Source: Hormiphora californensis
Lineage: Eukaryota; Animalia; Ctenophora
NCBI GenBank assembly: GCA_020137815.1
Contig: CM035351.1
Coordinates: forward strand, 1,860,001 to 1,924,000
Reading direction: 5' to 3'
Length of the DNA: 64,000 nucleotides
Part shown: positions 1 through 12,893 of the stretch, one piece after another
Numbering within the stretch: the first letter of the stretch is position 1
How the letters are laid out: every line of letters begins with the position of its first letter
Position numbers and translations under genes: made by a program
The notes under the pieces: generated by a model
What the model saw: the letters and a program-made list of their open reading frames with translations, nothing else
Told to the model about the DNA's origin: nothing
The model's database searches: none

Positions 1-732
1 GGGGTTAACATTTGGCCTATAATGGATGTTAACCCCTATAAATCAGGATTGGTGGGGTCTAGAACATCCATCATTGTACCAAAGGCTTCGCCTTGTCTTG
101 ATACAACTTCCTGAAAAGTTTTATGTCGTTACTCCAACTACTTCTTGATTTTTTGGGGGTTTACAAAATATGCGGAAAAAGCCCTTTTTGCCTCTAATTT
201 TGCTCTTTTTTGGGACATCCTGCCTAACTTCCTGAAATAACGGCTAGGACTCAGACCTTGCCGTTTGGCATAGTTGTTCTAGAGACCGTGTTCTTCAAAT
301 TTGGTGTAGCGATTTTTTATTAAGGCCCCCGTTCAAAAATTATAGGGGTTTACATAAAATTTTCATGGACAAAACAAATGTTAACCCCTATAATTTTTGA
401 ACGGGGGCCTTAATCAAAAATCGCTACACCAAATTTGAAGAACACGGTCTCTAGAACAACTATGCCAAACGGCAAGGTCTGAGTCCTAGCCGTTATTTCA
501 GGAAGTTAGGCAGGATGTCCCAAAAAAGAGCAAAATTAGAGGCAAAAAGGGCTTTTTCCGCATATTTTGTAAACCCCCAAAAAATCAAGAAGTAGTTGGA
601 GTAACGACATACAACTTTTCAGGAAGTTGTATCAAGACAAGACGAAGCCTTTGGTACAATGATGGATGTTCTAGACCCCACCAATCCTGATTTATAGGGG
701 TTAACATCCATTATAGGCCAAATGTTAACCCC
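1..732. mobile_element. Foldback/MITE-like long inverted repeat, begins before the window
   Basis: 1-~350 is the near-perfect reverse complement of ~382-732 (GGGGTTAACATTTGGCCTAT... / ...ATAGGCCAAATGTTAACCCC), spacer ~30 bp. Confidence 0.8.
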
Positions 733-868
733 CAAATTTTGGCCAAACGGTGTGCGCAACATCGATGACGTCTGTTCTAATCGATCCGCCTTGCCCAGCG
801 CTTTCATATAACGTATACCTCAAAAAACACCCCAAAAAACCCGTCGACCCCCCCCCCTCTGGCCTTAA

Positions 869-1132
869 AGTCGGATTTTTTGAAGTTGTCACCCCCCTTT
901 TCACGCACGGTGTCGTATTTGCGCGTGACAGCCCCCACTTGCTCTCACTTTTCGGCAAAAAGCCGCATATCATCGGAAAGAGCATAATTTTGTGAGTCCG
1001 TAAAAGTTTTTTTTGACGAAATTGGTCAAGAAACAAAGGTGTGAGAGCCAAAACAAGCGTCTGACAAGTTTCCGACGCGCAAATAAAAACTCGCACGCCA
1101 CCCAGGGGGTGACAACTTCAAAAAATCCGACT
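869..1132. mobile_element. MITE with TTAA TSD (Kolobok-like, AG...CT termini)
   Basis: TTAA|AGTCGGATTTTTTGAAGTTGTCACCCC ... GGGGTGACAACTTCAAAAAATCCGACT|TTAA; related ends near 35650 and 48980. Confidence 0.75.
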
Positions 1133-1513
1133 TTAATTGTACGAGAATCTGGAACAGTCAAGTATTGCGTTCTCTCATTATGATATAACGTCGTGGGGTG
1201 CCAAATATTTCACGTTCGTGACGATGGCTCACACAGTAACCATTTGATTTCTCCTACAAATCTAACCAGCAATTGACGTCACTTGCGTGTAGATCGTTAC
1301 ATATACAATGGGTTGATCAGGACTCACGTTTTTGCAGTGACACGAGGTTGAGATCACGACTTTTAAGTATTGGACAAACTTGCTAATAGCGGACACACCC
1401 GATCTACCGACTATAATAATGTGTGTTAAAGTCAGGGGGGGGGGGTAGACGGGCCTAAAAAGTCACTTTTAAAATATGGCCCGACACTTCGAGCCGGACC
1501 AGATAAAATAATA

Positions 1514-2161
1514 CAGGGTGTTCATATGGGATCTTTACAAGCGTTGGGCTTCACTCAGAAAAAAGTTGACAAAATTAGCTTATGAAACTTCATACTTGGA
1601 CTATTCTATACCCTCATTCAAGGTTCCTGGTGTTTCCGGAGCTCTAATACCCCTGGAAGTGTGTTTTTGGCATCAAAACTACCAGAAGGAATTTTTTTGC
1701 TGGTGCTGAGACTTTGCTAGAATGTTTTTTGGGTATTTTCTATGTCAATTCCAAAGTTTCATGATGATTGGATGTGTGGTTCAGTCACCAAGTTCCAAAT
1801 AAACTGGCTAGAAAGGCCCAAAAACAGCTCAAAAACAGCAAAAAATTTATATTTTAGAGTCTTTCCAGGCACTTTTTTCGAAATTTTGAGTTTATAAAAC
1901 ACATCCAATCATCATGAAACTTTGGAATTGACATAGAAAATACCCAAAAAACATTCTAGCAAAGTCTCAGCACCAGCAAAAAATTCCTTCTGGTAGTTTT
2001 GATGCCAAAAACACACTTCCAGGGGTATTAGAGCTCCGGAAACACCAGGAACCTTGAATGAGGGTATAGAATAGTCCAAGTATGAAGTTTCATAAGCTAA
2101 TTTTGTCAAATTTTTTCTGGGTGAAGCCCAACGCTTGTAAAGATCCCATATGAACACCCTG
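1514..2161. mobile_element. Tc1/mariner-type MITE with ~270-bp TIRs
   Basis: TA|CAGGGTGTTCATATGGG ... CCCATATGAACACCCTG|TA; the mirrored ORFs 1518+ and 2157- come from the TIRs. Confidence 0.85.
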
Positions 2162-2249
2162 TACTATCTTCTTCTTCTACGAGGACGTCCTGGGTGATGT
2201 GACTGGTGAGTTGCCAAGCTGCTTCGGCCCAAGGAGACTTGGGGAGCTG

Positions 2250-3515
2250 GGCAGGTGAGTAGAACTTCGCTCCCAGTAAAAGGCTGCAGTAAAAGGCTGC
2301 AGAAAAAGGCTGCAGTAAAAGGCTGCAGTAAAAGGCTGCAGTAAAAGGCTGCAGTAAAAGGCTGCAGTAAAAGGCTGCAATAAAAGGCTGCAAGGGATCA
2401 CGTATCCAACCAGACTAAAGCGGGGGATAGACCGAATCGTCCCACCCTAATAGTGTTTCGTATCACGTATCGGCTGTAGAGAGACCGAATCACCATCCCC
2501 TAATTATAGTGATTCGTGTCACGTATCCAACTAGACCATATGCGATAGAGACCGAGATAGAGAGCGAGTACGAGTGAGAACTGAGAGAGTGAAAAATCAG
2601 AATCACGGTATGGTATCACGTACCATGGTATATCCTCTAATGAAAAGCGGTTACCAATTGACAATGAGACCTCATCGGTCCCGATACGTGATTCTCTACC
2701 GCTATGTATTCTCCATTAGTCTTTCCGTATCGATCCACGATTCAGTAGAGGTAGTCAGTAACTACTGAGAGTGTTGGTCTAATGAGGTAGCTACCTACCG
2801 GTACGATAGATCCATTGATTGAGCGTGTAGCACAATGACAGGTGAACCACTCAACCACTTGGTTCACCTATCATAGTATTATGTGTGATTCCGCTCTACT
2901 GAATTGTGTACATAAAGACTATTGGCGAATAACGGTAGAAAATCAGTAATCACGTATTGGCACCGATTAGGTGAAATTACAGGTAACCGCCTTTCATTTA
3001 ATTAACCAAGACTAATGGAGAATACATAGCGGTAGAGAATCACGTATCGGGACCGATGAGGTCTCATTGTCAATTGGTAACCGCTTTTCATTAGAGGATA
3101 CCATGGTAGGTGATACCATACCGTGATTCTGATTTTTCACTCTCTCAGTTCTCACTCGTACTCGCTCTCTATCTCGGTCTCTATCGCATATGGTCTTATA
3201 GTTGGATACGTGACACGAATCACTATAATTAGGGGTCAGGGGAGGGTGATTCGGTCTCTCTACAGCCGATACGTGATACGAAACACTATTAGGGTAGGAC
3301 GATTCGGTCTATTCCCCGCTTTAGTCTGGTTAGATACGTGATCCCTTGCAGCCTTTTACTGCAGCCTTTTACTGCAGCCTTTTACTGCAGCCTTTTACTG
3401 CAGCCTTTTTCTGCAGCCTTTTACTGCAGCCTTTTTCTGCAGCCTTTTTCTGCAGCCTTTTTCTGCAGCCTTTTACTGCAGCCTTTTACTGGGAGCGAAG
3501 TTCTACTCACCTGCC
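2250..3515. mobile_element. Non-autonomous DNA transposon with ~480-500-bp TIRs, 8-bp TSD and 13-bp subterminal arrays
   Basis: TSD GGGAGCTG at 2242-2249 and 3516-3523; termini GGCAGGTGAGT...ACTCACCTGCC; (AGTAAAAGGCTGC) x9 left, x11 right. Confidence 0.85.
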
Positions 3516-3950
3516 GGGAGCTGGTGCTATACCAGGTCACAGGGGGTGTGAAACTAGCCTTTAAAGGTTGACAAGATACCCAAAACTTCTCGCCTATCGT
3601 ATTCTCTCGACCCATCATCAGTTTCCAGCACTTCCTCAGAATTTCTTATCTAGAAATATAATGTGCAAAAGAGGGGGTCTACTGATAAATGAGAGGCGTT
3701 TCATAAGATACTATTAGTGGTGCTCCATCGGGGCTCCATCATAATGGCCACATACATAGCGCCACCCATGCGGCGTTCCCAGTGTCCAAAACTAACAATG
3801 TATGCTTTTTTGTGTTTTGGACGGAGCACCACAGTGACTGTATGGTGCGCTTTTACACACACAGTTTTGAAGAAAATTGAGGTTAAATGTTACCCAAAAA
3901 TCTATATAATCCTCAATAAATCACCTTGAAACTTGGCAGGCATGCTCCTG

Positions 3951-4971
3951 ATAGTAGAGGCAATAATTACACTCACCTCCTCTGATGTCTATGAAACTTC
4001 TCCCATGCTAAGAGGTGGCAATAGAGGTTCAAATGCCGCTGAGTTTAAGTCTGAACAATGTTCGGTTCGTTAATTATCGCTAATTGAAAAATGTTAAAAT
4101 GGCCTGAAATCGCCCTAAGTTCCGATTTGAAATTTTGGAGTTGAGACTCCAGACTTCGTAGAGATGTCCGCTAGGATGACAATATGCACCAAAATCGGAC
4201 GGAAGCCTAAATTCGTCCGAATTCGGTACGAAAAGCCGGGTAGACTGAATTTTAGTCATGTGACCAAAATGAAAATGCCATTTGTACCTTTCCTGTACGT
4301 CGGCGATAAAAAATAAGGCCATTTTTCGTCATTTCCATCGCTTTCTGCATCTTTTAAGCCCCCTATAAATATCCCTTACCTCAACGGTTCAGAAGTTAGG
4401 TTCAGAACATACCTTTTTACATCAAAAAGGTAACAAATCGGAACTTAGGGCGATTTCAGGCCATTTTAGCATTTTTCAATTAGCGATAATTAACGAACCA
4501 AACATTGTTCAGACTTAAACTCAGCGGCATTTGAACCTCTATTGCCACCTCTTAGCATGGGAGAAGTTTCATAGACATCAGAGGAGGTGAGTGTAATTAT
4601 TGCCTCTACTATGATATGTTCGTACACGGATCTGGTGCAGCGAGTTTTGATTAAATAGGACCTGGTTCTAATAGGCCAGTCATATGATGTTGTGAAATGG
4701 AACTAATTGATCTAAAAGCGATTCCACTTCCAGGGCACTCCAATGGGTCTCTACAACCACCAAAAAAATTTACCGCGGGTACCGCGATAATTAACGAACC
4801 GAACATTGTTCAGACTTAAACTCAGCGGCATTTGAACCTCTATTGCCACCTCTTAGCATGGGAGAAGTTTCATAGACATCAGAGGAGGTGAGTGTAATTA
4901 TTGCCTCTACTATGATATGTTCGTACACGGATCTGGTGCAGCGAGTTTTGATTAAATAGGACCTGGTTCTA
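3951..4971. mobile_element. MITE with ~178-bp TIRs plus a tandem duplicate of its right end
   Basis: 3951-4128 is inverted to 4434-4612; ~4481-4671 is repeated directly at ~4785-4971. Confidence 0.7.
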
Positions 4972-5017
4972 AAGTTATTGAGGTAACCTCAATAACTCAT
5001 TGAGGAACCAGCAAAAA

Positions 5018-5406
5018 TATCGAATCGAATCGAATTGAATCGAGTAGTTTTGTGAGCTCAGAGATCGAATCGAAATTGAATCGATATTTTTTGACCGTCC
5101 AAAGATCAAATCGAAATCGAATCGAGATTTTTGAACCCCCAAAGATCGAATCGAGATCGAATCGAAAGGTTTTGATCGCCCAAAGATCGAATCGAGTTCG
5201 AATCGATAAATTTTGATCGGTCACCCAAAGATCGAATCGAGATCGAAAATATATCAAGAATTGCCGGCTCCTAGCCAGTAGAAACAGGCGATATTATCGG
5301 ATCGAAAGATCGAATCGAATCGAGATCGAATTGAAAGTTTTTGATCGCTCAAATATCGAGTCGAGATCGAATCGAGATTTTTGAACCCCAAAAGATCGAA
5401 TCGATA
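5018..5406. repeat. Degenerate (ATCGA)n array, probably a transposon subterminal region
   Basis: Dense GAATCGAATC / GATCGAATCG units. Confidence 0.7.
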
Positions 5407-6078
5407 TTTTGTACAGTTAGGCTCTTCTTGGTGAGATCTAACTTTTGGAACCGTTTCTCAAGTGATATTTTCTATGATTTATTGATGAATGATGATTACA
5501 TAGATTTTGGGCAAAAGTTAACCTCAATTTTCACCAAAAAACTGTGTGTGCAAAAGCGCACCATTATTTTTTTTTTTGGTGTTTCTCGGACCCCATTGGG
5601 GAAAAATGCAAGTGGAAAACCGCTGAATGTCTAAGTGTCTCGGTTACCTGGCCTACTATAACAGGGCTACATATAGTGTTTCATCTGGTCCGGCTCGGAG
5701 CGTGACAAAAGTTGCAAGGGCAGTAGGTAGCGTGCCGCCTTGAGTATCTTCGTGGGCGGTGCAGGAGGGATTGCTCTTTTCCCGTTCGTAACAACTTAAC
5801 AACCGTTCGAAATCTACCGGCTAACCATCTCATTGACGTCACGACAGTTGGGATCATAACTCCCAGCTGGTACAGTCCGTGCTAAGTTGGACGTTCATAT
5901 ATCACGCTTTTAAGTCACGATGCTATTTAGTTCTTACAGATATTGCCCATCAGACGCAGCTCCTCTAAAGCCCTCTCTCATCATGTTTAGTAGTTTTGTG
6001 CAGCATCTTCAAATTATCATTGCCCTCTACCTTTCATATCTGCTTTTGCTGTAACTTATTAATTCCAGTTAGAGTACC

Positions 6079-8834
6079 ATGGCAAGTCAGGACATGGAAT
6101 CGAGGGTGAAAAACGAGTTGGCCGGCCAGAAACCTTCTGAGGTTAGTATATTATCTATGTGACATACATGTATAATAGTATGCATCTGGCGACTGGCATG
6201 TGTGGTGTACTTGTGAGACATGTGTGGTATTTGTGGTGTTGGATGGTTTCCCTCCGAGATGTTCGTATCATCATGACATGATACATTGTATTGAACAGGT
6301 TTATTAACGAATTCTATAGGTGTATGTAGTTTAAAAGTGAATATTATCCGGGGGGGGGGGATCACCCTAACTGTATCAGACATCCATGCCCCTAACTGTC
6401 CCAGGTGGAAAAAACCACCCCACCCCCCTTGATTATGATAGTTAGGGTCCTCCTCTAACTGTCTCACAACCCAAATTTTGGGACCCACCCCCCTATTTTC
6501 CGGAAAATCCCACTTTTTTGACGTTTTGGGGAACATATATCTGCCACAGACACCCAAAAGTTGGGACCCACACCTATTTTTCCAGAAAATTTTAAATTTT
6601 TGACAGTTAGGGGTCCTCCTCTAACTGTCTCCTTACCCAAAGTTTTGGACCCACCCCCAAAAATAGTTCACGCAGAACCCCAAATTTTCAGTTTGTTGCC
6701 TGACCAAAATCATAGCGCACAAAATTGGTCACTGCGGTGCCTTCAGGCTCCAAAATTCCCCAATTTTGACCCAAATTTCCAACATTTTGACAGTTAGAGG
6801 AAAATTCTAACTGTCCGTGTCCCTTCGGGACCCCTACACCCCCAAAATTTTGACAGTTAGGGGAAACCCCTGACTGTCTGGGTCCCTTCGGGACCCACCC
6901 ACCCTAACCACCATGGATGTCTGATACAGGTGGGGTGAACCCCCCCCCGTATTATCAAACTACACAAGTTAGTCAGGTCCACTATTGGTGCACGGTCGTG
7001 CCTACGGAAGGAGTGCTTGGATCATCTTGAAACCGGTTTTAAGTTAACTAATGCATATCCAAAAGTGTCTGTAGCTATTTGGGTGATGTTCTGACAATCC
7101 AATCACGAGTTATGACCAAAAAACAGTCAAAAAAGACGTTTTAAAGTGACAAAAAGGAGGACCTGAACACAGCCCTTATATGAAGGGTTGGGGCTATTAG
7201 TTGGGGCTATAAGTTGTAACTCCCCACATCTCCCTCACTATGTTTGAAATGAAATTACCCCTCATCGCGTCGCGAACTATGCAGCGTTATAGGAGTAACT
7301 ATCTCCCCACATCTCACAACGTTTGACACCTAACTTCCTAACCACATCTCACAACGTTTTGCACCACCAGGTGACAGAGCTGATCCTGGATAACTGTCGG
7401 TCTACCTCCATGGTGGGGATTACTGATGAGTACGTAGAGCTGGAGGTCCTTAGTGTCATTAACGTTGGTCTCACTACTCTCCAAGGATTCCCATCGCTCC
7501 CCAAACTCAGATCGGTTAGTGGTAGAATATATATCTGATGACTGCTTATACAGGATGTCCCATATATTCTCCGGGTCGGATATTTGTGTGAAAACAAACT
7601 ACGGGAGTGTAGCCCAGCTTCTGAATCCTTATTTTGATAATTACTGTAAATTCCTTTTTATTGTTTTCTTACCCTATATTTCTCTAATCAATTTATTAAT
7701 TATTTAATTAATTAATTTCTCTCATCTTCAGTTGGAGTTGAGTGATAACAAGATCAGTGGAGAGTTTGACTGCCTGAAGAGTTGCCCCAATCTGGTATCC
7801 CTGAAATTATGCAACAACAAGATAACTGATCTTGCATCTCTCGAGACATTGGTAAGAACTAAGAAACACTTGGCAGCCATCATGTATGGGAATTATATGC
7901 AAGATAGTCTGAGAGTTAAAAGGGTGACGTATGGTATGTAGAAAGATAAAGTTAAAATTTAGGGAGTGAGCAATTGGGTAGTAGGGAATGGGACAGGAAG
8001 TGTGTGTACACATGTTTACCTGTACAGGGCACTTTAAAAGTATTTACTTCTGACCAGGAAAAGGGAGAGAGGTAGAGAGAGATAGGGATAGAGAGAGACA
8101 GAGAGAGAGAGTGTGTGTGTTAATATTGGGGAGGGGGTTCTTAATCTTTTGGTAGTTCTGTAGAAACATTGCGTGAGAGATAGAAATAGGGGCAGGAATG
8201 TGTTTGCAGATTTAGGGGGCAGATTAGAGAATAATTGTCACATGAGATCAGAGATCATCCACCTAGTTTTTGCAGTTTCTGCATCTTAGAATGTCAATTC
8301 TCTGGGGAATTAGAGTGACGTACAATCAACCCCATTTCACTACGATACAATCAATACAATAATTACATAGTTTCACAACCATGCTTGTAGGATTCAACGA
8401 TTGTATTCAAATCTCCCTCTTAGGTTATAACTCTGCTCGCTGACATTCAAATCCATAAACTTAATATATCGCGATTAAACAAGCATTCCATATGTTAGTT
8501 CATTCAACTAACAGCAGCTAACAAATGTATCCCCATTTTAGAAAGAGTTAACCAAGCTAGCAAGTCTTGATCTACTGGAGTGCCCCATCGCCAGTGAGGA
8601 TAACTACAGAGAGGATGTACTCAAGTCTCTTTCCCAACTTGTCTATCTTGATGGCATCGACAGGTCACAACATTTTACAAAACAACCCTCGAAAGGGTCT
8701 ACCGAAACACAAGATATTCAGATCTTCGCGCCAAATCGCGCGCTTTCATGTGTCTCTGTGTGTTGTGGGCGCGCGCCTCTTGCTTTGTGTCCTTGGTCTC
8801 CACTTCCTCTCCGGCCCTCTCTCTTTGATACCTT

Positions 8835-8932
<98 letters not shown>

Positions 8933-9479
8933 CGTTTCCCTCTCTTTCCGTCTCCCTCACTCTTTCATGTCTCCTATCGTCCAAGCAAGAGGTTGTACGC
9001 CGTGTATACTGATATTAACATCTCTCTCCCACTCTTTTGACCCATGCTACTTCTAACAGGGAGGGAAATGCTGAACCGGACTCAGACGAGGATTACGAGT
9101 TTGACGAAGACGAGGGTGAAGTTGAGAGCGGGGCTAGTGGAGAGGAAGATGGGGTAAGTAGGGGACAAGAGCAATGTGTATAACTATACACAGCTACCTC
9201 TTCCAACAATTTCAACCATTTGCGAGGAGCGAATGGTACCTAACCTACTCTAAATAATTGTCTTTACAGGAGGAGGAGGACGGCGACGAAGATGAAGAAG
9301 ATGAAGAGGAGGAGGAAGAAGAGGAGGGAAAAGAAGAGGAGGGGAAAGAAGAAGGAGAAGGAGAGAATGCTGTTGTAAATACAAACGGTGAAGATTCCTC
9401 AGACGTACCCCCTGCCAAGCGGGCTAAACTTGATGACGCTAGTGACCTGTCAAACGGAGCTACCGAGATTGAGTCATAA
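6079..9479 (+). CDS. ANP32: Acidic leucine-rich nuclear phosphoprotein 32 family member, 250 aa, 6 coding exons
   Basis: Exons 6079-6141, 7371-7514, 7732-7851, 8542-8663, 9060-9153, 9270-9479 join in frame via GT-AG: [21 protein letters not shown]|[11 protein letters not shown]...[10 protein letters not shown]...[17 protein letters not shown]. LRRs, LRRcap, acidic tail and basic NLS (PPAKRAK). Confidence 0.93.
6349..6949. mobile_element. MITE in ANP32 intron 1 with 7-bp TSD
   Basis: TATTATC|CG(n)ATCACCCTAACTGTATCAGACATCCATG ... CATGGATGTCTGATACAGGTGGGGTGAA C(n)G|TATTATC. Confidence 0.75.
8834..8930. repeat. (CT)n microsatellite
   Basis: Direct read. Confidence 0.95.
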
Positions 9480-9539
9480 CAATGAGATGCATTCAGATAT
9501 TGGACAATATATCGTTGTTTCATTCACATGGGTCCAGCC

Positions 9540-9653
<114 letters not shown>

Positions 9654-10274
9654 TGTGTGACGTGTGTTAATGAAAGAGCAACCAGATAGATTCCATCTTC
9701 TCTTTCCTATAAGTTGATATTTTTATTTGTGCCAGGTGCCCTGACTGAAATTGACCTAATTTCTGCTGAGCTAAATTTCGAGTGTTTTCATTTGTTCTGG
9801 AACCTTATTTGGCCAATACCCGTTACCCTGACGACCAACTAACTGGGTGCAGATCAGTGATCTCTGTCAAGTAGTTACATGGTTGTGTGGAGCTAGTACC
9901 TGGTCAAGGAAATCGTTTACTACGAGGGCTGTTGCAGCAGTGGTGAAAGGAATCCCAAAAACGGTGCGAGCTAAGTCTCGTGGTAGCCGCGCAGTAGCAG
10001 TGCTGAAAATGTGCTTTTCATTGAGGCTTGTTAATGCGCGCTACAAAATGACATGTTACACGGTCGCTTGTGGAGAATAATAAGCCCGATCAATTGATGT
10101 AAGATGTCCCTCGATGGACTCCCTTAGCAGACGGTGCACTATTTCTGTCACAATGGTGCTCCATCATATTGGCCGCCAACACAGCACCGCCCAAAACGTT
10201 GTCAAAAACGTGAAAAAAACACGCAATTTTAGCGGGCCGCGTCGTGGACAACGCTGTACACACCAGTTACACCA

Positions 10275-10481
10275 GCGTCCCCCTGATATCAGGGCACGGC
10301 GCGTTCCTGCATGCCCGGCCATCATGTGCAGATGGTTCTGTGGGAACCATGTGACACTGCTGCGCGTGACGTAAATTGTATGGAAAGTAGTACTAGCGCG
10401 CACCGTCAGCACTCACTTGCTTGCCGACCTTGGCAACTGCCGTGCTTGGGAACTGATGCCTGGGAATCTCTAACTGGTGCC
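10275..10481 (+). repeat. Dispersed repeat; a second copy is inverted at ~26454-27665 and carries an insertion
   Basis: GGCACGGCGCGTTCCTGCATG...GGGAATCTCTAACTGGTGCC matches the reverse complement of 26454-26565 joined to 27544-27665. Confidence 0.75.
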
Positions 10482-10668
10482 TTGGGTGAAGCTTTATAAG
10501 TGCGGCCAAATGCCAATATGACGGATCATCATTGTGATTTGTGACAGAGTTATGCAAACCTTGATCTACTGATTGAAGAACACTATAACAAACTAACAAG
10601 GATGTGATAGCGATTTTTCAGTCATGACTGGGTCCTTGACGGATGTGATAGCAATTTGACAGTCATGA

Positions 10669-11222
10669 TGTGGCATCCGTCTCTACCATGGTGTGTGAGT
10701 GATTGAGTGAAGTGACAGGTACTGTTTTCAGACAAAGTTGAATACGAGTTATATAACTTTTTGAAAGCTAGAACTTATTCGTTATTTGACTGAGGGTCGT
10801 GGTTGTGTTCCATCTTCGGATCCTCCGTCCTTATAAGCGCAGCTCCAGGTAGTAGCAGGTGGCTTCATTTATCACATCCCCACGGTCATTCACACGTTGA
10901 CCGGCGTCAGTTCACTTCACAGATCTTGTTAGCATTCATTAGCAGGCCCTCGTCAGCTACCAACGCAGGATTCCTCTGTACCCCTGGAGCTCCCTATGTC
11001 TACTCCTGATTCATTTAGAACAATTTGGAGTAGACGTACGATGAGGTGTGGTGTGCACAAAATGCAGGAAAACACTGTGTAGGGTGCACCTGTGTTATAA
11101 CAATATGACGGTGTTTTAAATCTCGACTATACATATGTGAGATTCTTCCGATAAGGTGAAATAATGGATATCGGGAAAGGGCTGTTTATTCAATATCAAG
11201 GGGACAGTTCATGGTCCCCGCA
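10669..11222 (-). repeat. 3' LTR
   Basis: Direct repeat of 19024-19577, TG...CA ends. Confidence 0.9.
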
Positions 11223-11677
11223 TCCGCCCCTCTGTGGATGGAAATGGTTTTTAAACTGCTGGGGTTCTCCTCTCTTGCAAAGAATATGTTTACCGGGGTG
11301 TGGTTTTGTTAACCCCCTCATCCACCCCTCCTCCGAGCAAAATAGCGCAGTGTTATTGCTAGAATGCTAAAATCAGAGAATTCTCTCAGATCATTGGTGA
11401 AATTTCAATTCATGTCAGGTCATTGTTGTTTGTCCATACAACAACGAGGTCGGCGGTTTTTTCGACCAGAGAGAAGGTAAGAGTGCAGTGTATTTTCTCA
11501 TACCGTTTGACTGCTTCAAAGCGTGTGTGACAGCTTACGCCAATTATTTCCCTTATTACCCTTATTACTAGTGTGGTTCACACTGATTAGATTGTGGCTC
11601 GACCATTTGTATTCTTTGGGAGCTCGTGACATTCGACCAAATGTATTCTGTGAGAGTACTTTCAAGTTCAATCTCAT

Positions 11678-11905
11678 CCACTCGACCACTTGTTTACCGT
11701 GGAAGTACTCAGTACCATCAACAAACAACTACTCGAACACTTACCGTGGGAGTGCAAACAACCACTCGACCACTTGTTTACCGTGGGAGTGCAAAGAACT
11801 ACTCGACCACTTGTTTATCATGGGAGTGCAAACAACTACTCGACCACTTACTGTGGGAGTGCAATCAACCACTCGACCACTTGTTTACCGTGGGAGTGCA
11901 ATCAA
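11678..11905. repeat. Tandem array of six mostly 33-37-bp hairpin-forming units inside the LTR element
   Basis: Unit CCACTCGACCACTTGTTTACCGTGGGAGTGCAAACAA; the first unit is longer and degenerate. Confidence 0.85.
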
Positions 11906-12138
11906 TAGCTGCGATGGCTAGTTTAATTTACCAGGTTTAAATTGCCTCTATACTGTGTATTCATTGCAGACTTGAAGTACAGTTGCTGTGAAGTCACTGT
12001 GTCTATGGGTGCAACTTTAGGCAGGTAAACTTGAGCATGGGTATCTTTCGTCAGTAGACGGAGAGAGAGGTAAACTTGGGGGTAATGGTGGAAGGCACTA
12101 AACACACATACTCATCAAATTACTCAAGGGGCATCACC

Positions 12139-12310
12139 TAAGGAGTGATGAGTCCCAGTGATCCTCCCCGAGCAAACATGCGGTTCAATCCCTGCACCAT
12201 CCCTCCTGTGCCTGTTGGACCAACAACGATTCCATTACAATTCGTTCCACTATCCACAAGGCTAACATGCTGTTGTCCAACCAGGCCATGGCCATAAGTT
12301 ACTTCTGTTG
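12139..12310 (-). pseudogene. Retroviral-type aspartic protease remnant
   Basis: Minus-strand frame TEVTYGHGLVGQQHVSLVDSGTNCNGIVVG has the LVDSG motif (12246-12260); stops on both sides. Confidence 0.5.
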
Positions 12311-12893
12311 AGTCCAGTGGGAAAACGCCTCCACTTCCGGTGGGAAATCGCCTCCACCCAGGTAGTTCAGCTTCGTGCTATCTCCTTCATCCCTCTCGTA
12401 CGTCTATCTTTTCCTCTATCATCATACCAGCTCCGGCTATCTTGCACGTCTTCTTGTTCCTCTATGTCTCCTAGTTTTTCTCTATTTCGTCTGCCGCAAT
12501 CATGAACAGTTCGTCACCAGGTGTCATACTGCAACTGGTTGTGTAATCATCCTATTCCAGTTCTGCTTCCGCTTCAGGGCTTCCAGGATAGGATCCTCTT
12601 CTTTGAAGGTGAACATACCGTCACCTTAGAGCTAGCTATTTGGGTGGTTAGCGGGGGGGGGGGGGGGGGTTGGAAAGACTTAGGGGTCTTCATAAGTGCT
12701 TCAAAAGTGTGTGCCATCTAGATAAGACTGTTCCGGCTGGTATTTAAAAACGGAACCCGCCATCCGTATATCTGTACCTACTAGGTACTGCCTAGGTGTA
12801 TATTGAACCAGGTGCACAGAGTGTTCAAGTTTCTTTAATCTTTCAATAACAACGTTTATTTTGCACCTCTCCCTGTATTTGCAGAGCGCTTCT

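Noticed and set aside
8567-9040. ORFs with SLSL/RERE runs, also near 41520, 53560, 56082 and 58879
   Set aside because: Translations of microsatellites.
10845-10962. Hammerhead (retrozyme) in the LTR: minus-strand GGTAG-CTGACGA...GAAGC...CTACC
   Set aside because: No closing stem II and no GAAA/NUH core; probably chance.
11678-11905. CRISPR-like array
   Set aside because: Units are directly tandem with no unique spacers, there are no cas genes, and the context is eukaryotic.
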